64,000 nucleotides of DNA from contig KZ538338.1 of assembly GCA_000934665.2 (NCBI GenBank), positions 1 through 64,000 of the forward strand. Direction: 5' to 3'. This document shows positions 1-10,134 of the stretch, piece after piece; positions within the stretch are counted from its first letter, which is position 1, and each line of letters opens with the position of its first letter. The translations under genes and the position numbers were made by a program. A model generated the notes under the pieces. That model ran no database searches, was not told where the DNA came from, and was given only the letters and a program-made list of their open reading frames with translations. This stretch comes from Catajapyx aquilonaris. Lineage: Eukaryota.

Positions 1-96
1 TTTGAGAAATATTATTTATTGCAACTCGCGGCCGCCCCTACAGGGCGGCCGCCCCTAGGCCAGTGCCTATTGTGCCTAATGGGAAATCCGCCACTG
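1..96. mobile_element. right end of a hAT-like non-autonomous element, truncated by the window edge
   Basis: Ends in ...AATCCGCCACTG (reverse complement CAGTGGCGGAT, a common hAT MITE terminus) with GC-rich subterminal GCGGCCGCCCCTA repeats. The left end is not visible. Confidence 0.45.
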
Positions 97-1919
97 AGTA
101 TGATGGTTATTTACGAGTCGCCGTACATTGCCTACTGGCTACCACGCTAATATCAAGTCAATGCGATGCTGATGCCTATTTGAGGAAATTATTTAGAAGA
201 ATTTTTCAGAAATCACTGCAAATTGCGACAATTGACTTCAAATATTGCACTGTGGGGATGGACCGACAATTGATTTCCTTACACCATTAAATCAGGTTTA
301 TGTGGAACCCTGAAAAATATCCGATATATTGTAAATATACGTAAGTTATTATTAGGGACTAATCAGCAGTTTGGTGAATACTTTTTTGTGTGCAAAGTAT
401 AAAATGTGGGCCAGCAGTTCCCGAAATGGTAGGGTGTACTTTTTGTATACTGCGTGCATTTTAAATGCAGTATGTAAAACAGGCAGGTATACATTTTTGT
501 TCATTGATATTATCTACCAAGTCAAGCTAATCGAACTTTTAACTACAGCCATGAAGAACTAAAACGCCCAAATGATGCAAGCAACAGCCTGTGCAAAAAT
601 GAATGCGATAATCAATACTTGTACATGCCACACCTTGACTAATATGACTGGCAAAACTAAATCTTCAAGTTAATAATGACCCCAGTGTTCAATGGCCCCA
701 GCACGATATTGAATCGCTCACTAATGCGTGACCGTTTGTATGAAGGTCCTCAACGATTTTCTTCAGGCAACATACCTGCCACACACATGGTGAAGGTAAC
801 AAACTTACCTTCTCACAAGTGCGATGGACCAATAAAGGACGTAGATTCAATGGTGATTCACAACAGGAAATAACGATTATTTTTCTCACACACTGACTGG
901 ATATTTATTCACTTATAGCCAGGTAACATTCGAAATAACATCTCCAACAAGGCAATAACTATAATGGTACAGTACGTACGTACATGCAGTAATCTCACTG
1001 CAGCATACGTGAATATTTATTGAACGGTTTCTTTTAGAGTAACAAAATAATAAATAAGTGCAAATAATAATTCTGACCTAGAATTTATCTCAGAATAGCG
1101 AGTAGGCGTCAATATAACAACAGCGTTCAAAATTCAGTTACGTAATCTCAGCAAAATCCCAACAGATTTATATTAACTGTTTGACTTTCCATTTGAAGTT
1201 GCATCGATATTAAATGTAACTTGTGACGCCAGCTCTCATGCAGGTTTACCGTGAAATTACAGTATTATTTTCCATGCAAAAAAGTATACTGATCAAAATG
1301 AATTCCTTGATCATTTCCTCCATCTCATATAAATATCTCATACGATACACATCGACAAACAGGTTGAGCTAACGCCGCAGTGAGATATGTTAGTGATATC
1401 CGGCATATAACTTCTCACGACCGCACATTTACTCAAGGCTTCACACGGACCATACTCATTGGCCCCGAACCGGATAATATATTAATTACGAATATATTAT
1501 TATGACATTCTCTCTTGAAGAGCAGCAGTGCTCATGAAGCTTACCCTGCACGCGACTGACATTTTTAAATATATATATATTTTTTTTTACAAATTTATTG
1601 TTCAAGTTTTCCTTTTCTTCCACAGCACCCATTATGTGCATCTCTTTCGAGCTTGCATAAATTACCATACTTTTTCAAGTTATAGCTCAACAGTCTCCTA
1701 TAGTTTAAAGCTTACTGTGCTCGCTTATAGCCGCACTTTACGCCTATATACATCTCACTGGTACACAGTACACATACTCAACGAGACTCCCACGCAATAT
1801 GGAGTGGACAGCGAACAGTCCGATTATTATGACACCACTTGTCAATAAGTCAGCTATTTGTCGCCTGTGGATTTAGACGTGAATAGCCGTGCACTTGCTG
1901 ACAGGTGTCGCCGCCTCTG

Positions 1920-2642
1920 TCAGCTGCTGCCCTCCGTTTTAGCCGCGTTGGGACGCGCGTCGTCCAGCACGTCGGGCAGCACCAGGGAAGTGGACGTTGG
2001 GGACGTAGACCTGGACGACATGGACATGGTCGGGCTCGGATTCCCACAGGAGGACGACGGAAACAGGAAGACTCGTCGGCGCCTAGAGTCAGTCACATCA
2101 TCGTCGGCGCCCACGGGCCAACCCACGGGCGGGGGACTGCGGACCAAGTGGTGGTGGAGTTCCTCCAGTCCCAGGACGCTGCTTCCTTCCTCCCCGGACG
2201 GCGTCTGGTGGTTGGACGGCGTCGGTGTGGTGGCCACGCTCTGTTGGTACACTCTTTAGTTGAGGTGCGACAATTCATATGGCTCAACATGTACCTGAAG
2301 GAAAGGGTTGTCCTGTCGGGAGAGGTGAAGTGCTCGAAGGTCTCGCTCCAGATCGGCCGGATCTCTCTTCGGAGGTGATGAGGGTGCGTCCCTCGGGTGC
2401 CCTTGACCTCTGTTGCCGGGTCGTCGCAGGAGGGAACACAGGAAATCAAGCAGGGGCCTCCTTCGACGGCGGTCGTCGTCTTTGACATGCCCCCCTGACC
2501 GCATTTCTCTCCACTCTCTCCCGAGAGAGATCGTCTTGCCATAGGAATGTGTCGTATTTGCGCAGAATCCAATCGATGAGGACCTCACAACGTTGCGAAA
2601 TCACGTCTGCTTCCAGCCACATTTCCAGGACCGGAAATCGTC
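1920..2642 (-). CDS. 3' exons of an unidentified spliced gene (possibly frameshifted)
   Basis: ORFs 2256-2588 and 1920-2252 are in the same frame, and a 54-nt GT-AG intron (2294-2241) removes the TAA between them (..DNPFLQ|SVATT..). Candidate acceptor at 2643/2642. The upstream frame RFPVLEMWLEADVISQRCEVLIDWILRKYDTFLW joins it only via a 1-nt shift at the G6 run 2490-2495. No domain recognised. Confidence 0.4.
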
Positions 2643-3287
2643 CTGATCAATATCAAACAATTTAATAGCCGCAATTCATGCCAAATATAGGATCGTTTTC
2701 ATGCCGGTTTCTGTGTTTCCGACCTCGTTTTATTGTGTACGCCTCCAGCTACAGCGGCGATGATTAGATTGATTTGGGGATAACACATATGGTGGGATAC
2801 TGTATTGTGCAGACTATAGATGCACAATGAATGGCAAAGTGATTGGTATGTAATATCAAGAGAAAGAGGGAGAGAGAGAGAGCAAAAAAAAAAGAGCAAG
2901 GACGAAGTTTCTTTTCTTTCTCAATGATGGAAGAATTATACAAGAGCAATATTGCAAAAGTAAGACTAGTATACAAAGTAGTTACCAAACAAGTACCGGC
3001 AAGGCAGCAACCTATCACTTACTGCATAATAATGAAGGAGTCCTGGAATGTGCAGGTATTTTGAAAGTGACACATAATGCCAATATTAAAACTGTATCAA
3101 CGTTCGCTGCCCAAAATGTGACGTCAGTAATGTTATGCAGTGTCTTGTAGCACTGTTGGCATTTCGAGGCATATTGGTGCCAAAATTGACGGCATAATTG
3201 CTCTGAAAAGGCATCAGGCAACGCTGGATCGACGTCCGTCGACGAAAGCTCCACCTAACCTGTTGCCGGCGGCCTCACGTAACGACG

Positions 3288-5454
3288 ATGGCCGCGACAC
3301 CGAAGTCGACTGGAGAGTTTGTCGGGAAATCCGTCCCTGACCAATGGCTCGGAGCCTTATTACATTACGTGGCGTCCCTGAAGAACGACACTGACCCTTG
3401 GTCCAACTCCAGGTCAGAGGTAAAGGGGGCTCTGAAGCCCCTCCTGCCCCTCTGGATAGCCATGTACGGTGTGGTGGCAATGGGCGGGGTAGTGGGTAAC
3501 CTTGCTCTTCTGACTGACGCCCTGCGACAACGTCGTCTCCTCAAGAGGATGAACGACCACCACTACGCAGCCGCTTTCTTGTATCTGGCCAATGGTGCCC
3601 TGGCTGACCTCTTCAAGTCGGCCATTGCCTTGCCTTTGACCCTCACAGTACTTCTGCTCAGGAATTGGGTCTTGGGATCTGGACTTTGCTTTGCCCTACC
3701 CATGATGCAGGTGAGACAGCCGTACTCCCAGCACCGTCGATTGACGCAATTGTCTTGTTGGTAAAGGCATATCGCTCAATTGCAGGACATGCCGATACAC
3801 CTGTCGACGCTGAGCTTCCTGATGGCAGCGCTGGACAGGTACCGACGTCTGCTACAGCCAATGCGACGTCCTCTGTCGGTGCCGGCGTCGATAGGTGCCA
3901 CTTGGCTGACGTCGGCAGGTGTCGTGTTGCCATATGCATTTTACGTGGCGTACCTCGACCTGGGCAGTTTTTTCGGGTCTGCTTTCGAAGGGATGGCTCT
4001 TTGTGCCGTCAATGTGGTGGACGATATGGAGGAGTACCTGCGGGGACTTTTTATCATACTGTTCGTGTTGCCACTGGCTCTCATTGCTTTCTTACATGTA
4101 CGGGTGTCTGCTGAACTCAAAGCGCGGTTGTCGTCTTGTTCTTCCCCCGACGGTCCTGAAGGACCTTATTACCCCGAAGACCAGCAGGAGCAACAGCAGC
4201 TGGAGGAACAAGCACATGCTGCCAGAGAAAGACGGGCACACAACTACCTCTCTGCCATGGTGCTCGTCTTTGCTCTCTGTCTCAGCCCACTTATGCTACT
4301 CAGGTAATTGGATAATGACAGGTGCGGGAACATCACCCATTATTCTGAATTAGACTGGTTTACTAACTATATAAATTGTCCAGTGACGTAAGACAAATTG
4401 ACGATTCCGGATTGTAGACTGCAATAGTATATCAAAGTATACAGGGCAGGAGCACTGGGGCAGGGACCAAGACCATAGTTCAAAAAAAGTTACGGACTAT
4501 TTACTGCTGAAATCAGTTTAAAGAGAAGCACGAATCACGACAAGTGAATGTAAGTGCCCTAAATTGTTGCTTCCATCGTCTGCTTCTTGTTAAACGGGTA
4601 GCTGGGGTAAACGATTCATATAGCTTTTCCCCTCACCCATTTTTGGACCATATGAAATTGGTCAGTGCATCACCCTGTACAGGCGTACAGCACATATACT
4701 GCAGCAATCTGCGCATTGACCGAGAGTATCTGCCTATAACTTCCTCCCTTTCACGAAAAGAGGATATTTGGATGGCTCATCCGGGAAATCAGCTTTGAGT
4801 GCAAATGCTCGACTTTCCTTGCTGCCCTAAATCGGGGCAACTTTCAACCCTTTCGCTGCAGTTCTGATTTTTTTCTTTCTTTTCGTGCATTGTAACACGA
4901 CGAAGATGTTCCGAGACAACATCGGACCATAAAATTTACACAATAATCTCGAATCATTGCTGGCCGGGAAAGGGCGGAATGGAATAAACCTGGTCACACC
5001 CTACTGGTATGTCAGTGATACTTTGACAACTTTGTGTTACATTCCCCCTTTCTTCTTCTGTCTTCCTTGTGTCAGGTTGGTCCGTCAAGTAATGGCCGAA
5101 ACGTATGACAACAGCCGACACCTGGACCTAACCTTCCTGGTGCTGGTTTGGCTGGCCTTCGTGCCATGTTGCTCCACACCCTTGCTGTATGCATGTTGGC
5201 GCATGGCACCAGGAGCCAGAAGACGACTTCTGGGTCACCACGGTCGCCTGCTGGTCCACTGGCTCTCGGCCTGCTGGCGACCAACGGCGCCCGGTCGACC
5301 CCGAGGCCGGCACCGGAGGACCTCGGTGGCCACCCTGCCTCTGGCCGTGGTGGCGCAGCAGCCCCCGAGGAGCGAGCATTCGACACCTGACAATGAACTC
5401 CGTCCTGAACTTCCTTCTTCTTCAGCGCCACCCGACACACCTGTTACCAAATAA
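3288..5454 (+). CDS. rhodopsin-class orphan neuropeptide GPCR (NPY/PrRP-receptor-like), ~439 aa, 3 exons
   Basis: Exons 3288-3710, 3786-4303, 5076-5454 with GT-AG junctions and consistent phases (0, 2). TM1 GN, ECL1 WVLG..LC, TM3 DRY, TM5 LPL, TM6 CLSP, TM7 STPLLY. Confidence 0.88.
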
Positions 5455-6552
5455 GTTACATCACAGACAAGACACACATGTCGCCTTTTTCGTACGTAAC
5501 ATGTAGGTGCCCGCTTTGCCAAGGCCCGGTGCTACTATACGGGGATTATTATGGTCCCTTCTTTGCCCCGGGCGGGGAAATCTCGCCAAGCAGCAGCTGC
5601 CATACATACAACCCCCCCTGCTAAGAGGTGATTATGTGCCGCTTGGCCAGTGGGTCTGTGCTGCTGCCGCCGTTGCTGCCGCTGCTGCAAAAAGAGTGAC
5701 GTAACGATCCGCCCTGACCTCATCTGATTCCATTGCACTTGTCCTCCCCGACCACACCTACAGGCCTCATTGTCCCACTTTGTTACCAATGAGTACATGT
5801 CATGTATAGGTGGGAGAGCGCCTCCTTTCCCCAACCTGATACCTCCCATCAGCACCCTACGGCGGCCAAAAAAATATATATATATTGTGTTCCTACATGC
5901 GATAAGTAAGCGCCAATTCTTCCTGCAGGCCAATTCAGTAGTCACTCAATTACTATGTGATAGCTGAATTTCAGCCATTGTTTTCTACGCCTCCTGTCAT
6001 GCACATAAGAGCAGGCTCTATAGGAATGTGTATTGTATAGATGAGTCATTTAATCCGTCGCACGAAAGAAATGCCGAAATGTATTGCACCATCAGCACTT
6101 ATTAGCTCTCGATATAAGCACCTGTAGTGCTGTAAGAGGGATTCAAAAGGTTCGTCCAAGTTTCCTACATTACGATGACAGTGACCACGTAGATCGAGGC
6201 CAAACATGTTTGTTGTGTTATACCGTCAACATTATGATTTTATACTCCCAAAAGATGTGAACGACTGCATTACAACCCAATAAAAGAATAAATCTGAACA
6301 AGTTTAGCTATAAAAATGAAACCTCCGATTTCATTACTGCGACTTCCTGTCCTCGAGCCGCCGTGACACAATTAGCTGGAACAGAATCCGTGGTGACTCA
6401 AACGGCGGGAAGTCATGGGGGCCAAAGAGTATGATACCGGGCGACGAGAGAAAGAGAAGCGATGGAGCCCCGGGGCCAAGGCTGGGTGGAGGCTCTTGCG
6501 GACCGCCAGCAAGGTCGGCATCGAAAGTGAAAGGAACCGGGAATCGCCCTGG

Positions 6553-6559
6553 TATAAAA
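6553..6559 (+). promoter_or_regulatory. TATA box of cuticular protein gene 1
   Basis: TATAAAA about 100 nt upstream of the ATG at 6655. AATAAA at 7469-7474 closes the transcription unit. Confidence 0.7.
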
Positions 6560-6654
6560 TGAGCCCCTCGTTCTGCAAAACCCTCCAGAAACGAATCCCA
6601 TCCAGAAGACCGCACATATTCTGCAGATCCATCCTCCAGTTCCCAACAACAACA

Positions 6655-7338
6655 ATGGCCCTCCGATTCGCCATCCTGGCCCTGGCCCTGGGTCTCGCCA
6701 ACGCGGGTCACGTCGCGTACAGTGCCCCTGGTCTGACCTACAACTACGCTGTGGCCGACCCAGCCATCGGGGCCTCCGCCAGCCAGACCCTGAGGAGCTT
6801 CGGAGGACTGGGCTCCGTCACCCACCAGCACAAGGCTCTGGACAGCGCCTTCAGCAGTGTCAGGAAGAGCGACGTTAGGGTGACCAACGACGCCGTCGGT
6901 CTCGCCCCTGCCTTCGCCGCACCCGCCTACCACGCCGCACCTGCTGCCTACCACCATGCCGCCGCCGCCCCTGCCTTCCACCATGCTGCCCCTGCCTTCC
7001 ATCACGCTGCCCCTGCTTACCATGCAGCCCCTGCTTACCATCATGCAGCACCTGCTTACCACGCAGGACCAGTGGCCGCCCCAGCCGTCGCAGCCCCTGC
7101 CTACCACACCGCCCTGCCAGCCATCGCCCGTGCCCCATACCCAGCAGCTCACGGCCACTTCGCTGCCCCCATCGCCGCCCCCATCGCCAAGGCATATGCC
7201 GCCCCTGCTCTGGCTGCCCCCATTGCCAAGGCATACGCCCCTGCTGCTTATGCAGCACCCGCCGCCGTGCACTTCTCCCCCGCCGTTGCTGTTGCCAAAG
7301 CTTCTTTTGCTGCCCCAGGATACGCTTATGGGTGGTAG
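6655..7338 (+). CDS. CPF-family cuticular protein, 227 aa, CDS without intron
   Basis: The true start is the ATG at 6655, not 6415. Signal peptide MALRFAILALALGLANA, CPF-type motif ASQTLRSFGGLG..KALDSAFSSVRKSDVRVTND, AAP(A/V) and HHAAPAY repeats, CPF/CPFL-type C-terminus SFAAPGYAYGW. Confidence 0.9.
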   Translation: MALRFAILALALGLANAGHVAYSAPGLTYNYAVADPAIGASASQTLRSFGGLGSVTHQHKALDSAFSSVRKSDVRVTNDAVGLAPAFAAPAYHAAPAAYHHAAAAPAFHHAAPAFHHAAPAYHAAPAYHHAAPAYHAGPVAAPAVAAPAYHTALPAIARAPYPAAHGHFAAPIAAPIAKAYAAPALAAPIAKAYAPAAYAAPAAVHFSPAVAVAKASFAAPGYAYGW

Positions 7339-8203
7339 ACACCCTGCACTGATCAACAGACTCTGAAATTCTGCACACCAACAATTCTTCGCGCTCTTAT
7401 TTATTTTCCCATTGTTTCGTGCTCAACTTGTTTATGCGAGAAATGCGAAAAGTGTACATATCAATCTGAATAAAAACAGATGCTCACAGATTGCACCTTT
7501 TTATTGCCCATTCTGTTATCTTTGCAGTGGGACTGTCCTTTTTAGGGTGCTAATTCAACTACACTTCATTGGCAAAAAGAAGAAAAAAAAACGGCAATCA
7601 AACCTGTTTGTGAGTTGCAAAGTTGATGACCCCAATACACTGCCCACCTTATACAATTACTGATAGATCACAATATGCTAATCAGGGTGTGGTCTCATGT
7701 ATGTTGCGCAACTAGTACGTAACTTGCTTTCAAGTTGAATCAGGATTGCTCGCTGTAAAATCCTGAACTGCTGACATAACCTCCACAAGGTATGTTATTA
7801 TATTGTCTCAAGGTCCGCTATTACCATAGGAATTGGCAAAGTGCATGGAGAAGTGAGTAATATCACGAGAAGAAGAAGGAATGGATGAAATTCTGCATTT
7901 TAACAGCAGGGGTGGATAAAGGTCAAGAACTTAACGGTAGAGGTCAATTTTTCTTCCAAATGAAGTGTCTTACTTGTTTCCCTGCAAGCTGTGATGGGTG
8001 CATACAGAAAGAAGTGAAAGTTCAGTACTTAAGTCGGCACATAAACTGAAATATTACCAACTTGAACACTGACATGATGCAAAAAAATTTGGGTGAAAAT
8101 GCTGGCTGAACAAGACAGCTATCTTTATTTATATTTAACGAGCAGTTGGTGGCAATAGCAAATAATAAATAAGTTGCAACGACACAATCCTCCGGCACTC
8201 TTC

Positions 8204-9050
8204 TTACCACCCGTAGGCATAACCAGGGGCGGCAAAGGTGGTGTGAGCGACAGCGGCAGCTGGGGAGAATCCAATGGCAGCAGGGGCGGCAATAGCCCTG
8301 GCTCCAAGACCATAGGCACCAGCATAACCATGTCCAGCATAACCATGAGCCAGACCATGTCCAGCATAACCATGGGCCAGACCATGACCAGCAAAACCAC
8401 GAGCAAGACCGAAACCATGGCCAGCGAAACCATGACCAGCATAACCATGGCCAGCATAACCATGAGCCAGGGCAGGGGCAGCATAACCATGGGCCAGAGC
8501 AGGGGCAGCATAGGCAGCAATTCCGACAGCATCGTTGGTAACACGGACATCGCTCTTCCTGACACTGCTGAAGGCAGAGTCAAGGGCCTTGTGCTGGTGG
8601 GCTACGGAGCCCAGGCCACCAGGAGTGCGCAAGACATTGGAGGCTGAGGCACCAATTGCAGGGTCAGCCACCAGGGCAGGGGCAGCATAGCTGTAGGTCA
8701 GGCCAGGGGCGGTGTAAGAGATCCCACCAGCGCTGGCATAAGCAACCAGGCACAGAAGAAGGAGAGCCTGAAAAAGCGGAGTGATTACTGAGTGTGAAAT
8801 AAACCTGGGCTTTGGTGATGTAAGACAAACATGAAACAATACACAAGTCTCAATCATGCCTCATTGCAAGTGAGACATAAGTCCTATTATTGTGCTACTG
8901 ACAGTACAAAATTGAAAGAGGGTTTCTAGAAAGTGTACTTTAGAGCATAATGTGGTGTTTTAAACAGACCAAAATAATTTTAAGAATGACTTATATGTTT
9001 TTAAAAAAAGAACTGAATAAGCAGGTGGGTTAACTGCAACTTACCTGCAT
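8204..9050 (-). CDS. CPF-family cuticular protein, 189 aa, 2 exons
   Basis: Exon 1 codes only ATG CAG (9050-9045, donor GTAAGT). Exon 2 is 8767-8204 (acceptor TTTTCAG). Signal peptide MQALLLLCLVAYASA, same CPF motif, GHG(Y/F/L)A repeats, ends TFAAPGYAYGW. AATAAA on the minus strand at 8129-8124. Confidence 0.9.
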
Positions 9051-9133
9051 GATGATTATTTGAATGGGTGTGGAGGAATATATCAGATGAAACTTGCGGG
9101 TAGAATTGTGGTTCCTATGGGGCCTACCCCAGC

Positions 9134-9141
9134 TTTTTATA
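9134..9141 (-). promoter_or_regulatory. TATA box of cuticular protein gene 2
   Basis: TATAAAAA on the minus strand about 85 nt upstream of the ATG at 9050. Confidence 0.7.
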
Positions 9142-10134
9142 GTTGCCCAAATGCCCCCATGTACAGGGGGGCCACATTCACTTTTTACGCCCTCTTGTGG
9201 AGAGCTGGAAGCCTGGAAAATATAGGTCCTGGCCTCTCTCCAACATGTTGCCCTCGCACCTGATTTCTATCTTGATCTATCTCCGGTTAGGTTATACAAT
9301 CATTAATGAGTTGGCGGGTTCACAGGACATTGGCATTGTCAATCACAATTCAGGGTGACCCTTATTTGGGTGTGGACTTTTTAATGATGTGCAAATGCTG
9401 CAACACATTAAAATACTCTGCAATAGCTTGAGCACAAAGCACAAGGATTTGGGATTCCAGGAACACACTGGCTGAATGTCTGAAAGGACTAAAAATTGCA
9501 CCATGGTCCCTATAGTGACCTCTTACATCTTCTTGTCGACAATGGATAGTCTTTTTCTTGCAGCTAGAAGGTCATATCAAAATCGTGGGAAGGAAGGAAA
9601 CAGGATGGTCCTTGGGAGGCTATGACCTTGACAGATTTCTTACATTCATTTTTTTCCCCTGTGTTTGGAACAGGTGGGGTAATGGGGTAATGGGCCATAT
9701 GGAATGAGACTCTCTCCTCCCTGTTCCCCACCACCCCTACACAAATAAAAGTTCATCTGGTGTCCAGAAGGGAGGGGCTAGTAGGTGAGAACCTTGCAAG
9801 AGATCCCCAGAAAGTAAAAGTGGCTGGCGGCCTTCACCCTGCAGAAAGGAGACTTCAACACTCTTGGGGCGTGGCACTGTGGCCTTCCTTTCTCAATATA
9901 AGCCCCCCTGCCCCACCCCCCATCCCACCCACCACCAATACCAAAAGCCTGCTCCCAGCCCAGTTCACAACCCGGCACACTGGTCTGGGCCAGCAGCCTC
10001 CTGGTCCTGTCTGGTTTCATCCTCTCTGGACCAACCAAGGTGGTCCCCTATTAGCCCTTCCTCTTGCCCTGAGCATCCCGTGAAGGCGTGAAGCATCCTA
10101 ACACTCAAGTTCCCTCCCAGTCCCCTTCTGTCAC

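Noticed and set aside
100..1850. Short ORFs at the window start
   Set aside because: AT-rich, no recognisable domain and no consistent exon chain.
2256..2258. Stop-codon readthrough joining ORFs 2256-2588 and 1920-2252
   Set aside because: A 54-nt GT-AG intron removes the TAA in frame, which is a simpler explanation, and TAA-A is a poor readthrough context.
5507..5730. Exon-like Cys-rich frames after the GPCR stop (CPLCQGPVLLYGDY; CCCRRCCRCCKK)
   Set aside because: Short, in different frames, interrupted by stops, and I could not link them to any upstream exon. Probably 3' UTR or decayed sequence.
6415..6654. 80-aa N-terminal extension of CPF gene 1
   Set aside because: It spans the TATA box, and the signal peptide begins at the ATG at 6655.
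6334..7384. Long antisense and alternate-frame ORFs over the cuticular genes (also 8125-8647)
   Set aside because: Shadow ORFs caused by GC-rich Ala/Pro/His/Gly repeats.
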